Virus record (IMG/VR): IMGVR_UViG_3300044712_001937
Span: 62,001 to 126,000 of that record
DNA length: 64,000 bases
Reading direction: 5' to 3' (one strand)
Shown: positions 1-10,544 of the stretch, in pieces
How positions within the stretch are numbered: the first letter of the stretch is position 1
Layout of the letters: every line of letters starts with the position of its first letter
Translations under genes and position numbers: made by a program
The notes under the pieces: model-generated
Seen by the model: the letters and a program-made list of their open reading frames with translations, nothing else
What the model was told of the DNA's origin: nothing
The model's database searches: none

Positions 1-2
1 GG

Positions 3-1478
3 GGTGATTCTGAAAATTTTGAAATTGGTATAACTCGACAGGATTTTAAAATTAGAGCTATTTTAATTAATACATTTACTGTTTTTGGCACATCATTTAC
101 TGATAATAATTCTACTCAATGGGGGCAACAGTTTGGTAGTCACGATTATGGTGGAACTTTAGCTGAATTACATTACGTTATTGATTCTCCAAATCAAGCA
201 AATAATATTGATATTAATCAAAAAAGAATCGGAAAAATTACCGAGACAATATATTATTTACCTGAAGATGTTTCAGACGCAACAATTCAGGATTATATCA
301 GTAATAATAAAGATTTAGGAACTTTATATAAAGTACTTGACCCAACAGAATATGCTATATATAAAAATAACGGTGATTTTGTATTTATAATACCTTGTAA
401 TCGTGGTAGAATTTATACTAATGAATTAGGTGTTGAAACTAAAGTATTATCTAATGAAAAAATTGGAGTTTTTGGAGAATTTAAAGGTTTTATTACTTTT
501 GAAATTACTGATGAAGATGTTCCATTTTCACATATAGAAAAAGACCTTGATGAAGGAAGTGGTCAAGCAGATAGTTATTATTGGTATAGAGCAACAAGAT
601 GTAAATTTAAATTTCCACAACATGCTAATAGAGGACAATCATTTATGTATGATGAACCCGGTGGAACTCAAGATTCAGGTGCAATTAAATGGCGTAATGA
701 ACATTTTACTTTTATTGGAAGTAATATATATAGTGTAGCTAAATTTAACCCAACAGTACATAATGGAACAAACCCTTATTATAGTGGAAATCAATTAAAC
801 AATGGATTTTTAAATTCAGATGTTATTAATGAAGTTACTAACTTTGAAAGTTCATTTAGAAGTATAGGTTTATTGTTAAGTAATGATAGTAATATTTTTC
901 CATCTAATATGACACGTAATGATGGTGGTAATATTACAAATGGATATTTTGGTGCAAATTGGATTAATTTTGCAATATACTTTCCACAACCAAGTACATA
1001 TAGAGGTGGTAATTCTCCAGTTTTAGGCGCATATCCTAATTTAGGGACTCCTTATTTAATATATACTCCTTCATTTTTAGCTCAACAATTCTACGGAAAT
1101 TATAATAATAAAACATATAATCCTGTTTATTGTTGGTTTGGTCAATCAAATAATAAACAGTTAATTGGTGCTGATAAAAAAAATACATTTGGATTTGCAC
1201 GTTCAGATTTACATTGGACTGATTTTATTTTAGTACCAACTTCTGATATTAATAAAATTGCAAATTATCAAAGTAAAGGATTTACTGATTCTAATGTTGC
1301 TGGTTTAACTAAAAGTAATTATAAAAATGGTGGAAATTTAAATTCATGCCCAATTACAAGTTATGCAAGATTAAATAATATAAGTACTAATAATCCAGAT
1401 ACTAAATATTATTTTTATAAAGGATTAGGTTTATCAGATTGTTTTAAATATTTGATTTCATTAAACTTATTAAAATAA
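3..1478 (+). CDS. 5'-truncated putative virion structural protein (Asn/Tyr/Gly-rich); the frame is open from base 3, so it is longer than the 645..1478 track ORF
   Basis: Manual translation from base 3 (GDSENFEIGITRQDF...) has no stop before 1478 and runs in frame into the track ORF; followed by a terminator. Confidence 0.65.
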   Translation, partial: GDSENFEIGITRQDFKIRAILINTFTVFGTSFTDNNSTQWGQQFGSHDYGGTLAELHYVIDSPNQANNIDINQKRIGKITETIYYLPEDVSDATIQDYISNNKDLGTLYKVLDPTEYAIYKNNGDFVFIIPCNRGRIYTNELGVETKVLSNEKIGVFGEFKGFITFEITDEDVPFSHIEKDLDEGSGQADSYYWYRATRCKFKFPQHANRGQSFMYDEPGGTQDSGAIKWRNEHFTFIGSNIYSVAKFNPTVHNGTNPYYSGNQLNNGFLNSDVINEVTNFESSFRSIGLLLSNDSNIFPSNMTRNDGGNITNGYFGANWINFAIYFPQPSTYRGGNSPVLGAYPNLGTPYLIYTPSFLAQQFYGNYNNKTYNPVYCWFGQSNNKQLIGADKKNTFGFARSDLHWTDFILVPTSDINKIANYQSKGFTDSNVAGLTKSNYKNGGNLNSCPITSYARLNNISTNNPDTKYYFYKGLGLSDCFKYLISLNLLK

Positions 1479-1507
1479 AAAAATCCGGTTAAATAACCGG
1501 ATTTTTT
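1477..1507. terminator. Bidirectional intrinsic terminator between convergent genes
   Basis: A7-TCCGGTT AAAT AACCGGA-T6 hairpin. Confidence 0.85.
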
Positions 1508-1523
1508 ATTGTTGCTTTTATCT

Positions 1524-2021
1524 TTATACCTTCTTCAGCGTATATACCGCATTGGCAAGTAATTCCCATCCACCTTGACCACTTGTAGCTGTTACTTTGA
1601 ATATAAGTGTTTTTGTTGCGGAATTGTAACTTTGTACCTGAAATTTAAGTCCATTTTCAATCTCAATTAAATTCTTAGCAGTGTTATATGTGAATTGGAT
1701 TCCCACAAGAGTAACTTCACCACTACAATTATTTGTCCAACCACATCCATTATAATTTGGCGAATAATCAAAATCAAATTTGAATGACATGTTAATGTCA
1801 GATAACCCATCATTACTCAAAGTACCACACTCATAGTAAGTTTTCCCATTTACTGCAACACTTTGGAAATTCCAACTACCTTCTAAAACAGTCTGACTGA
1901 TTATTGGTTTTACGGTTGGCTCATCTGGAGTAGCAACTTCGTCTTTATCCCCACCACAAGAAGAAAAACTTACCATTGCTATTGCGAAAATCGCTACTAA
2001 ATAAAATAATTTTGTTTTCAT
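1524..2021 (-). CDS. Bacteroidota-type lipoprotein, possible lipocalin-like beta-barrel
   Basis: Signal peptide ending FSSC-GGDKDE (lipobox with acidic tail); LEGSW motif; upstream TGTAAC-N16-CGTA promoter. Confidence 0.7.
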   Translation of the reverse strand: MKTKLFYLVAIFAIAMVSFSSCGGDKDEVATPDEPTVKPIISQTVLEGSWNFQSVAVNGKTYYECGTLSNDGLSDINMSFKFDFDYSPNYNGCGWTNNCSGEVTLVGIQFTYNTAKNLIEIENGLKFQVQSYNSATKTLIFKVTATSGQGGWELLANAVYTLKKV

Positions 2022-2143
2022 AATTTTTAAAAGTTTTTAAGTTATATCTGTATATACGATTGTTTTAAATAATTGTTACAAATTTTTATTATAAATTTTA
2101 AAGAATTATATAATAAAGTATTTATACGTAAAGTATTCATATA

Positions 2144-3304
2144 ATGGAAATATTGTTGAACAGTAGAAAAAATGTTAAATCGATAAATAGTAGCATAACT
2201 AATAAAATAGAGTTTAATAATAGAATAGCTCCTATGTTAGAATATGAAGTACATAATTTATTGAGTGCTACTGATATTTTTGATAATGAAAGAGAAGAAA
2301 ATGTTATTTATCGAATTTATGGTAAAATAAATTATCTATCAATTTTAAATGGAATTAAAAATGCTAATTTATATACTGAAGATTATTTTAAAAAAAATAC
2401 TGATTCTACAATACCTACAAAATCATTATTAAATACTTTTGAATTTTACATATTACGACCACATCATTATGAAAAATTTATAGATAGTAATATTAAATAT
2501 GTAAGATATTTTGAAGTAATTGCAATTCCAAATGATTTTGAATTATTACCTGCTGCATTCTCAACAAATATTTTTGGAGAACAAATATTTGCGTTTAATT
2601 GTACTAAAGATTTTAATGTTACAAATTATTATGATTCTTTTGGATTTCCAGTAACTGAATTATTTTTATATGCAAGATATAAACCGCAAATTATAAATTA
2701 TTCTTCCAGACCTGCAAAAAATGAAGAATTATATAATACAATATGGAAACTAACTGATGATAATTTTTCAAATATAAGTGTGTTGACGACACCAAGTTCA
2801 AATTCATTGTCAATAGGTGATGTTGTATATGGTGATGTTATTGAATATGGTAAAACAGAATTTTTGATTGAAAATTTAATAGAACAAACATACTATATAA
2901 AAACTCCGTATTCACCTAATACAAATGATAATGTAAGATGGAAATATAATCCTTTTATCCCATTGAGATTAAGATATTTTGGAAGTGAAGTATATACTGA
3001 AAATATTAATTCTACTATTTATGATGTGAAAAATACAATACCTAATTACGCAACATCGATAGATAGTTCTGGAAATTATGTTTGGAGAAGGATTTTACCT
3101 CAAGGATATACCGACCCAATAAGTAATGAAGGTGTTGATTATCCTTTTATTAATAAAAGAAGATATTTATTTGCAAATATAGAATTATCAGTTTCAACGG
3201 ATTTAACAGCTAATTCTATTATGACTAATTTACAATTTGCACCACCAACACCAATTGACTCAACTCCATTAACTGAATTAAATAGTTTTAATAAGCCATG
3301 TTAA
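2144..3304 (+). CDS. Putative virion (tail/baseplate) protein
   Basis: 386-aa ORF with GTATTTATA motif at 2118-2126; composition like neighbouring structural genes. Confidence 0.5.
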   Translation: MEILLNSRKNVKSINSSITNKIEFNNRIAPMLEYEVHNLLSATDIFDNEREENVIYRIYGKINYLSILNGIKNANLYTEDYFKKNTDSTIPTKSLLNTFEFYILRPHHYEKFIDSNIKYVRYFEVIAIPNDFELLPAAFSTNIFGEQIFAFNCTKDFNVTNYYDSFGFPVTELFLYARYKPQIINYSSRPAKNEELYNTIWKLTDDNFSNISVLTTPSSNSLSIGDVVYGDVIEYGKTEFLIENLIEQTYYIKTPYSPNTNDNVRWKYNPFIPLRLRYFGSEVYTENINSTIYDVKNTIPNYATSIDSSGNYVWRRILPQGYTDPISNEGVDYPFINKRRYLFANIELSVSTDLTANSIMTNLQFAPPTPIDSTPLTELNSFNKPC

Positions 3305-4128
3305 TTAAAGAACAAATAAAATTAAATTATAACGATATGAATTTAAAGTTTAACTTAAATTCAAATACTGACTTAACTGGATATCAACAAGAAATTGATA
3401 AATATACGACTACTAAAAGTGATAATTTAATTAATCCTATTAATGATTTAGAAATTAAAAGATTTAAGCTAAGTAAATATACTGAAATTTTTTTCTATTT
3501 TAACAATAATGGTTCATATGGGAATAATTATATTAATGCTGGTTTTTCTCAAACTGAAATAAATAGTAATGCATCAACGATTTTAAATAGTTTTTACATA
3601 TTAGATGTTTATGATTCATATAATCAATATAATCAAAATAAATTAGGTGTAATATACATGACTAAAATTTATCAAAATATAAATAATGGTATCGTTACTT
3701 ACACAACATTGCCCACTTATTATATTAATGATGGGTCAAGTCAATTTTATTATTTAAACTTACCTAAATATTATTTAAATCAGTTTACAGGTAATACAAT
3801 TTCAATATATGGTAAATTTAGTTTTTTTCAAGCTAAAGATGGTGTATTAAAACCATTTTATAATGATTTTAATAAAAATATACCAATGAATCCTATTTTT
3901 GAGTATGTTAAAATCGATGTTGATTTAGTTAATAAAACTTGGAATTTTAATGATTATACCAATAATAAAGGTAACTTATTAACTTTTTATGAAATTGCTA
4001 CATCAACAAGCAATAATAATTATGTAGATAAAATTAATAGTGATATTGAAACAATTGACGATGTTAAACCTGTATATCCTATAGAAAATAATTTTGATTA
4101 TACTACTGGTGATTATAAAACAGTATAA
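3298..4128 (+). CDS. Putative virion protein
   Basis: 276-aa ORF overlapping the previous stop (translational coupling). Confidence 0.45.
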   Translation: MLIKEQIKLNYNDMNLKFNLNSNTDLTGYQQEIDKYTTTKSDNLINPINDLEIKRFKLSKYTEIFFYFNNNGSYGNNYINAGFSQTEINSNASTILNSFYILDVYDSYNQYNQNKLGVIYMTKIYQNINNGIVTYTTLPTYYINDGSSQFYYLNLPKYYLNQFTGNTISIYGKFSFFQAKDGVLKPFYNDFNKNIPMNPIFEYVKIDVDLVNKTWNFNDYTNNKGNLLTFYEIATSTSNNNYVDKINSDIETIDDVKPVYPIENNFDYTTGDYKTV

Positions 4129-4877
4129 CCGAATTTTGGTTTTCTTGTAGTTTTAACTATTTCAAATTCTTTTTCATCTTGAATAAAAGCAAGTGCTTTA
4201 AGCGTATATTTTGAAACAAAAAATCTATCTCCATCAATATTTTCAATTGGATTAGATTCATTTAAACCTTCAAGAAGTAATGGAATCGGATTGCCTTTAA
4301 TAAATAAATATTCTTGTCGTGATGCAAAATTAGTTACAATTTGTTCATCATATAAATTCACATCTTCTCTATATTTTGTAAATAATGATACTTCATATGT
4401 TAAATCAACATTCACAGGTTCAGGCATTCTAAATTGTAAATATATTGTTTGTCCATTATCTAAAATTGGTACATTTAAATATCTAAATTTTCTACCTTGA
4501 GCAACTCGCCATTTACCACCTAATCTTGTTCCAGCTTCTTTATTTGTTCGTCTTACTGTAATATATGGAGTTGGAACATTATTATCGTTATCTGTAAATC
4601 TCCACGTTTTTGAAAATTCTCCCCATCTATCATTTTCTAAATAAAATGTAGGTACTAAATTATTATCAATTACTAATTTCATACCATCAAGATTCACATA
4701 ATCAAACACTGATTGGTCAATATCTTCAAATAATATAGTTCTTGGTAGATATTTAGTTTTAACGTCAGTTTGACGCATTAATTCTTCAATTCTATCCATT
4801 CCATATTCTAAGAAATTAGTTCCAACAGCAGGTGGATTAATATCCAAAGTTATTTTAGATTTTTTAGGAAGTGCCAT
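4113..4877 (-). CDS. Tail completion/sheath-stabilizer-like protein (T4 gp15-like)
   Basis: RTILFEDIDQSVFDYV and PEPVNVDLTYEVSLFTKY segments resemble jumbo-myophage tail terminator proteins; late motif at 4899-4907. Confidence 0.55.
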   Translation of the reverse strand: MALPKKSKITLDINPPAVGTNFLEYGMDRIEELMRQTDVKTKYLPRTILFEDIDQSVFDYVNLDGMKLVIDNNLVPTFYLENDRWGEFSKTWRFTDNDNNVPTPYITVRRTNKEAGTRLGGKWRVAQGRKFRYLNVPILDNGQTIYLQFRMPEPVNVDLTYEVSLFTKYREDVNLYDEQIVTNFASRQEYLFIKGNPIPLLLEGLNESNPIENIDGDRFFVSKYTLKALAFIQDEKEFEIVKTTRKPKFGYTVL

Positions 4878-4908
4878 TTATATTTTTTATGTATTTTATA
4901 TAAATACC

Positions 4909-4940
4909 TTTGACTTTAATATTTTTATTATATATATTTG
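4909..4940 (+). promoter_or_regulatory. Bacteroidota sigma-A promoter for the early operon starting at 4962
   Basis: TTTG (4909-4912), 20 nt, TATATTTG (4933-4940). Confidence 0.7.
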
Positions 4941-4961
4941 CTTACTTAATATTTTATCTAA

Positions 4962-5321
4962 ATGCTTGTAGAACGTAAAGAATATAAAGAAGAAGATGGG
5001 TCAATTGGATATATAGAATCAATATTTAAATCAGATAACGTTCTTAAATCAACATATTTTCCAAAAATGCAAAGATTATATATTGCATTTGGTAGAGGTG
5101 ATACTTATTCTTATGGAAATGTAACTCCAGAAATGTATGATGAATTTGAAAAGATTGATTCACAAGGTAAATATTTTTATAAAAATCTAAATAAAAATAT
5201 TAAATATCCATCACGTAAAGAATTTACATTATATCCAAATGAAGTGAAAGACTTGAAAGAAGTTGTTGAAGAATATAAAAATAATATTGAAGAAAATTAT
5301 GATGAAGATGGAGACGAATAA
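4962..5321 (+). CDS. KTSC-domain protein
   Basis: SDNVLKSTY...LYIAFGRGDTYSYGNVTPEMYDEFEKIDSQGKYFYKNL fits the KTSC pattern. Confidence 0.75.
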   Translation: MLVERKEYKEEDGSIGYIESIFKSDNVLKSTYFPKMQRLYIAFGRGDTYSYGNVTPEMYDEFEKIDSQGKYFYKNLNKNIKYPSRKEFTLYPNEVKDLKEVVEEYKNNIEENYDEDGDE

Positions 5322-5583
5322 TATTATTAATATTCTTAAACAAGCATTGAAATTTTATGCAAATGAAAATAATTATTCAGATGGTGGTGATGTTGCTTCT
5401 ATTGATTTAGATAAAGGTAATCATGCAAGATTTGCATTAGAACAAGCAAAAAAAATTGAAGATATTATGGATAATGCTGAAGATGAATTTGTGAAAAATA
5501 TTTCGAATGATATTGAAATGAATGTTGATAGTGACAAAATAATAAATTTAATCGAAAAATATAAAAATGATAACGGAATTTGA
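5263..5583 (+). CDS. Hypothetical protein
   Basis: ORF packed within the operon; true start may be a later Met. Confidence 0.55.
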   Translation: MLKNIKIILKKIMMKMETNNIINILKQALKFYANENNYSDGGDVASIDLDKGNHARFALEQAKKIEDIMDNAEDEFVKNISNDIEMNVDSDKIINLIEKYKNDNGI

Positions 5584-5941
5584 TGAATATCAAAAAGAAG
5601 CTATCTCAATGAGAGTTTCTTTAGAAAGATTTAAAGAAAATAATCCGGATTTACCTGAAAATGTGTTAAAAATAATGGCACTTACTTATGATGGATTAGG
5701 TTTAGGTGAGGCTGGTGAAGTTCAAGGTAAAATTAAGAAAATTATCAGAGATAATGGTGGAATAATTTCTGAAGATAATGTAAATGAATTAGTTGGCGAG
5801 ATGGGAGATACTCTATGGTATTTGGCATCTATGTGTGATATTCTTGGAATAACACTAAGCGAAGTTGCTGATTATAATATTGAAAAATTAAGGTCAAGAA
5901 TCCGTAGAGGAACTATGCATGGAAGCGGAGATAATCGATAA
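5567..5941 (+). CDS. MazG-like nucleoside triphosphate pyrophosphohydrolase
   Basis: GLGEAGEVQGKIKK...ELVGEMGDTLWY...NIEKLRSR motifs. Confidence 0.85.
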   Translation: MITEFDEYQKEAISMRVSLERFKENNPDLPENVLKIMALTYDGLGLGEAGEVQGKIKKIIRDNGGIISEDNVNELVGEMGDTLWYLASMCDILGITLSEVADYNIEKLRSRIRRGTMHGSGDNR

Positions 5942-6013
5942 ATTATGAAAATAGTATTGTGTTTATTGATTTTTTCAATCGTACCGAGTATTTATATAAA
6001 AAATATAAATATT

Positions 6014-6655
6014 ATGGTATTAAAGAATTGTTTAAATTGTAATAAAGAATTTTCAGTCGTTGATAGTAGAATTAATTCTGCTAAATATTGCTCAAAAGAA
6101 TGTGAAGGAAATTTTAAAAAAGGCGAAAATAATACAATATGTACAGAATGTGGTAAATCTTTTCATTTAAAAGAGTCACAAAAAAAACGTCATAAAAGAA
6201 CTCATGGATATTTTTGTTCTACTACTTGTGTTGCCAATTTTAGAAAAAAAGCATATTTGGGTGATAATAATCCTAATTTTAGGAATGCCGAAAGAGACGA
6301 TGGATATTTATTAGATAGATTACCTAAATTTGGTAGAATTAAATTACATCATAAAGTTGTTTTTGAACTTTTAGATATCGATAAAATACCTAAAAAATAT
6401 TGTATACATCATCGAGATTGTGAAATTGATAATAATGATAAAGAAAATTTAGTATTAATTTCATTAAGTGACCATAGATGGTTACATAAAAATTTTGGAA
6501 ATGCTACACTATGGGCATATAATAATAATAAAGTATCTTTAGAAGAATTATGTACATGGTGCAAAAATCCAGAAAAAGCACGTAGTTTATTACCATTAAA
6601 TATTATTAAACAAAAAGAAGATAAGTCTTATGAAAATTTTTATCAAGTATCATAA
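6014..6655 (+). CDS. HNH homing endonuclease with N-terminal Cys zinc-binding repeats (start revised from 5945)
   Basis: CxxC repeats; IHHRDCEIDNNDKENL...HRWLH; GTATTTATA at 5988-5996 lies 17 nt before ATG 6014. Confidence 0.8.
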   Translation: MVLKNCLNCNKEFSVVDSRINSAKYCSKECEGNFKKGENNTICTECGKSFHLKESQKKRHKRTHGYFCSTTCVANFRKKAYLGDNNPNFRNAERDDGYLLDRLPKFGRIKLHHKVVFELLDIDKIPKKYCIHHRDCEIDNNDKENLVLISLSDHRWLHKNFGNATLWAYNNNKVSLEELCTWCKNPEKARSLLPLNIIKQKEDKSYENFYQVS

Positions 6656-7103
6656 TCCAATTTGTAAATTAGAATCCTTCGGTAATTGGATTGATTTAAA
6701 GTCTGCTGAAAATGTTGAAATTAAACAATTTGAAAATAAATTAATTTCATTAGGTGTTTCAATGAAACTTCCAAAATATTTTCAAGGAAATATTGTTCCA
6801 AGAAGTGGAACTTATAATAAATATTTTGTAATTCAAGGTAATCATTATGGAGTTGTGGATGGGGGTGATGATAAATCTGATGGTTATTCTGGAAATAATG
6901 ATATTTGGAAATTTAATGCAATTGCAATTAAAAATACTAAAATATCTGAAGGTGATAGAATATGCCAATTTGAAATAAAACCTATAATGAAAGCTCCTTG
7001 GTATGTTAAATTAAAATGGATATTTACTTCTAAAATAGATTTTATTGAAGTAGATGATTTAAAATGTAATGATAGAGGTGGTTTCGGACATTCCGGAAAA
7101 TAA
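6630..7103 (+). CDS. dut: dUTPase (trimeric type)
   Basis: IVPRSG, GVVD, EGDRICQF and C-terminal RGGFGHSG motifs. Confidence 0.9.
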   Translation: MKIFIKYHNPICKLESFGNWIDLKSAENVEIKQFENKLISLGVSMKLPKYFQGNIVPRSGTYNKYFVIQGNHYGVVDGGDDKSDGYSGNNDIWKFNAIAIKNTKISEGDRICQFEIKPIMKAPWYVKLKWIFTSKIDFIEVDDLKCNDRGGFGHSGK

Positions 7104-7128
7104 TTAAATTATAAAAAATAAATATAAT

Positions 7129-7389
7129 ATGTTAGATGATAAATTAATAACATGGAAACATATGGATGTTAAAGCTATTGAAAATGCTTATGATAAAATA
7201 CATCCATTAATTTCAGGAGATTATCCTGATTCTAAAACCAGAAATAAATTAATAAAATTATTAGAAGCATTTCTTCCTGATTATAATTTTAAATGTGATG
7301 AAGAAAATAATCCCCCTAATGTTGTTAATTCAGGAAATATTGTGGTTAATGTGAGTAAAAATAATGAATATATTAATATAATTTTTTAA
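7129..7389 (+). CDS. Hypothetical protein
   Basis: 86-aa ORF in operon. Confidence 0.55.
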   Translation: MLDDKLITWKHMDVKAIENAYDKIHPLISGDYPDSKTRNKLIKLLEAFLPDYNFKCDEENNPPNVVNSGNIVVNVSKNNEYINIIF

Positions 7390-7391
7390 AT

Positions 7392-8111
7392 ATGAATATT
7401 ATTGAATTAAATAGATATCAATTTGAAGAAATATATTTTAGATTAACGGATTATGTTAATCCTATGTGGTCGAATATTTCTTATGATGAATGTGCAGAAT
7501 CCGCTTTAAAATATATTGAAGATAATTCATTATTAAATAATATTTCTGAAATGAATAAATTGGATGATGGGTATAAATTAATTAAATATTTAAATAATTT
7601 AAACGCATTTCATTCAATATATATAACACCCAATAAAAAAAGAATATTTTATGAAGGAGTTATGCCTTATAGATTTATTAATGAAATAAAGTTTCCTGAT
7701 AATTTTAATTTATCTGAAATTGATATTCAATTTTTATGTAAAAAATATAATTTAACTACATCTAAAGTAGATTTTGACTTATTTAAAATCTCTATTGGAG
7801 TTATTGCTGAAACAACTGAAGATTTTCAAAATTATGTTGATTCATTAGTTGGTGATAATTATAATAGAAAAACATCAAGATATGGGAAGTATACTAATAC
7901 TGATAAATTTACATATCATTGTATTTCAAAAGCAATACATTTATGTGGAATAACAGTTAAAGATGTACTTATAACTGAAAATGCTTATAAAAATAAAGAA
8001 ATAAATAAAATTATTGAAATAATAAAACCAACAATGTATCCATTGTCACCTGAAAAAGCAAAAGAAATTAAAGAAAATTTTGAAACATTAATTAATAAAC
8101 ATAAACAATGA
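7392..8111 (+). CDS. Hypothetical protein
   Basis: 239-aa ORF; stop overlaps thyA start. Confidence 0.6.
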   Translation: MNIIELNRYQFEEIYFRLTDYVNPMWSNISYDECAESALKYIEDNSLLNNISEMNKLDDGYKLIKYLNNLNAFHSIYITPNKKRIFYEGVMPYRFINEIKFPDNFNLSEIDIQFLCKKYNLTTSKVDFDLFKISIGVIAETTEDFQNYVDSLVGDNYNRKTSRYGKYTNTDKFTYHCISKAIHLCGITVKDVLITENAYKNKEINKIIEIIKPTMYPLSPEKAKEIKENFETLINKHKQ

Positions 8112-9271
8112 AACAATATTTAGATTTATTACAAAACATCATAGATAATGGTGTTGAAAAAGAATCCGGAAGAGCTAACATGGCAAATACTATTGGAATT
8201 TCTAATGGTATAATACGAATGAATTTACAAGATGGATTTCCATTGCTTACTACAAAGAAAATGTATTTAAAAGGCGTTATTCATGAATTATTATGGTTTC
8301 TTCGTGGTGACACTAACATTAAATATCTTGTAGATAATAATGTTAATATCTGGAATGATGATGCATATCGTTGGTATTTAACTTTATTAAATAAAAGGCA
8401 AAAAGAATTAGAAGGTTCATCAATTGAATTGGTTAAATTAACACAAGATGAATTTATAAATTGTGTTAAAAATTTTGATTCTATTTATGAAGATAAAATA
8501 AAATATATGATTTATTCTCATCACCCTGATGAGTTTCAACCTGTATTATCTATGCTATCTCATTTATTCGAATATGAATATCGTTTGGGTGACCTTGGGA
8601 AAGTTTATGGATATCAATGGAGAAATCAAAATGGTGTTGACCAAGTTAAAGAAGTACTTGACAATTTAAAAAATAATCCATATAGTCGTTATCATATTAT
8701 TGATGGTTGGAATAAAGCTGATTTTAATGAAATGGCATTACCTCCTTGTCATTTATTATATCAATTTATAGTTAGACCGTTAAGTTTTAAAGAAAGAAGA
8801 GATTTAGCACATAAATATGCTATTGATAATAATTTATTTCCATTAGCTATTGATGCTTTTGGAAATAAAGGAATTCCTGAATATATGAATACTATTGATG
8901 AAACAGGATGGAATATTCCTAAATTCTATCTTGATTTAAATATGTATCAACGTAGCTGTGATACTGCACTTGGTGTTCCGTTTAATATAGCATCTATGTC
9001 GTTATTACTTATGTTATTTGCTAAAGTAAATAATATGATTCCGGGGGTTTCTACATGGATTGGTGGTGATACTCATTTATATGTAAATCATATTGAAAAT
9101 ATTAAAGAACAAATAAACAGAGAACCATTTAAATTACCAAGTTTGAATATAAATAAAGAAATTAAAAATCTTGAAGATATTCTTAATTTAACTATCAATG
9201 ATTTCGAATTAGTAGGGTATGAATCGCATCCTGCAATTAAATTTGAACTATTTACTGGTTTAAAAAAATAA
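8108..9271 (+). CDS. thyA: Thymidylate synthase with insertions
   Basis: FPLLTTKK, ELLWFLRGDTN, GKVYGYQWR, ALPPCH, YQRSCD, GVPFNIAS, GDTHLY. Confidence 0.97.
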   Translation: MKQYLDLLQNIIDNGVEKESGRANMANTIGISNGIIRMNLQDGFPLLTTKKMYLKGVIHELLWFLRGDTNIKYLVDNNVNIWNDDAYRWYLTLLNKRQKELEGSSIELVKLTQDEFINCVKNFDSIYEDKIKYMIYSHHPDEFQPVLSMLSHLFEYEYRLGDLGKVYGYQWRNQNGVDQVKEVLDNLKNNPYSRYHIIDGWNKADFNEMALPPCHLLYQFIVRPLSFKERRDLAHKYAIDNNLFPLAIDAFGNKGIPEYMNTIDETGWNIPKFYLDLNMYQRSCDTALGVPFNIASMSLLLMLFAKVNNMIPGVSTWIGGDTHLYVNHIENIKEQINREPFKLPSLNINKEIKNLEDILNLTINDFELVGYESHPAIKFELFTGLKK

Positions 9272-9279
9272 AAACTTGA

Positions 9280-9513
9280 ATGATAATATTATATATAGTC
9301 ATAATAGTATTATTAATTGTAATAATTCTTTTTCTTTCTTTAGCGTTATATCACTTTATAAAAAAAAGTATATATCTATCAAAGAAAGAAAAGGAATATA
9401 TTTTATTTGTAATTGACATATTTAAGGAGTATGGGGATGATTTAGGAATTCAATCTAAAGACCAACATAAAATTTTATGTGATGAACTTGATAAAATAAA
9501 AAATAAATTATGA
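9280..9513 (+). CDS. Small membrane-anchored protein
   Basis: N-terminal hydrophobic stretch of about 25 aa. Confidence 0.55.
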   Translation: MIILYIVIIVLLIVIILFLSLALYHFIKKSIYLSKKEKEYILFVIDIFKEYGDDLGIQSKDQHKILCDELDKIKNKL

Positions 9514-9812
9514 GCTGGGGAATTACTTTTAAAACAGAAATTGAACTATTAAGAATGAGTTTTAATAGTATTGAAGAAGTTAAAGATAAAGTTAAAGAAA
9601 ATGATTCTTTAATTAATAGTCTTGAAATAGAAATTAAAATGTTTACATCATCAAATCCAAAAGATATAATTCCTAATGATTGGAATGAACAACCTATTGA
9701 TTGGATTAATAATCAAATTACTGAAAAGTTAAATTTACTACATGAATATATAATTGAGAATTTTAAATTATCCTGTTATATTGAATATTTAGAAGAACAA
9801 ACAATAATTTAA
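9510..9812 (+). CDS. Hypothetical protein
   Basis: 100-aa ORF coupled to the previous stop. Confidence 0.55.
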   Translation: MSWGITFKTEIELLRMSFNSIEEVKDKVKENDSLINSLEIEIKMFTSSNPKDIIPNDWNEQPIDWINNQITEKLNLLHEYIIENFKLSCYIEYLEEQTII

Positions 9813-9836
9813 ATCTATAAGATATTTTAAATAAAA

Positions 9837-9857
9837 AAAGGGAGTTTAACTCCCTTT
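9837..9857. terminator. Bidirectional terminator
   Basis: AAAGGGAGT-TTA-ACTCCCTTT between convergent genes. Confidence 0.75.
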
Positions 9858-10518
9858 ATAATGTAAAAATACTTTGGTCTTTATTCCAATTATCAAAATT
9901 AAACGGGTCAATACCCATTCTTTGTAATGTTTTTGTTGTTAGAACTTTAACTATCCTTGGTTCGATTTGCATATCTTTAATATCATTAAAGAAATAATAA
10001 AGTTTGTCAAGTTTTAAATCTTCAGGGTCTATTCCACGAAAATCCCAACCATTTACTATTTTATTATCTCTTTTTAACACTGCAAAATGTGTATATTTTG
10101 GGTTAACTCCAGTACTTTTTACTTCACTTATAGGTGAATCTATATTTAATTCATTAACAATAAAATTTTGTTGTTCATCACTTAACCACCAATTAATTAA
10201 TTCTTCATTTGAATTAAAATCACCATAATCTAATCCTAAAAAATAATTTTGAAATTTTTTTATTAATTCAGCTTTTTCATTAGGATTTTCATTTCCTTTA
10301 ACAAAATTTAATACAGATTGATACCAATTATATTCTGGAGAATTAATAGAATTAACTAATTTTGCATGACCGGGAAATTTGCTCATTATTATATTAAATG
10401 ATTCACTATTTTGAATTGGTTGTTGTTCTATATAATTTTCATTCAATTTTGATTTAAAATTTTCATTAACTTTTCCCATGACTTCAAAAAGTCTTTGTTT
10501 TGTATTTTGTTTATTCAT
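9856..10518 (-). CDS. Putative internal head protein with KQRLFEVMG leader
   Basis: N-terminus MNKQNTKQRLFEVMGKVNENFKSKLNE shared with 43262 and 43785 ORFs; late motif 10533-10541. Confidence 0.55.
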   Translation of the reverse strand: MNKQNTKQRLFEVMGKVNENFKSKLNENYIEQQPIQNSESFNIIMSKFPGHAKLVNSINSPEYNWYQSVLNFVKGNENPNEKAELIKKFQNYFLGLDYGDFNSNEELINWWLSDEQQNFIVNELNIDSPISEVKSTGVNPKYTHFAVLKRDNKIVNGWDFRGIDPEDLKLDKLYYFFNDIKDMQIEPRIVKVLTTKTLQRMGIDPFNFDNWNKDQSIFTL

Positions 10519-10544
10519 TGATTTAAATTTTATATAAATACTAA

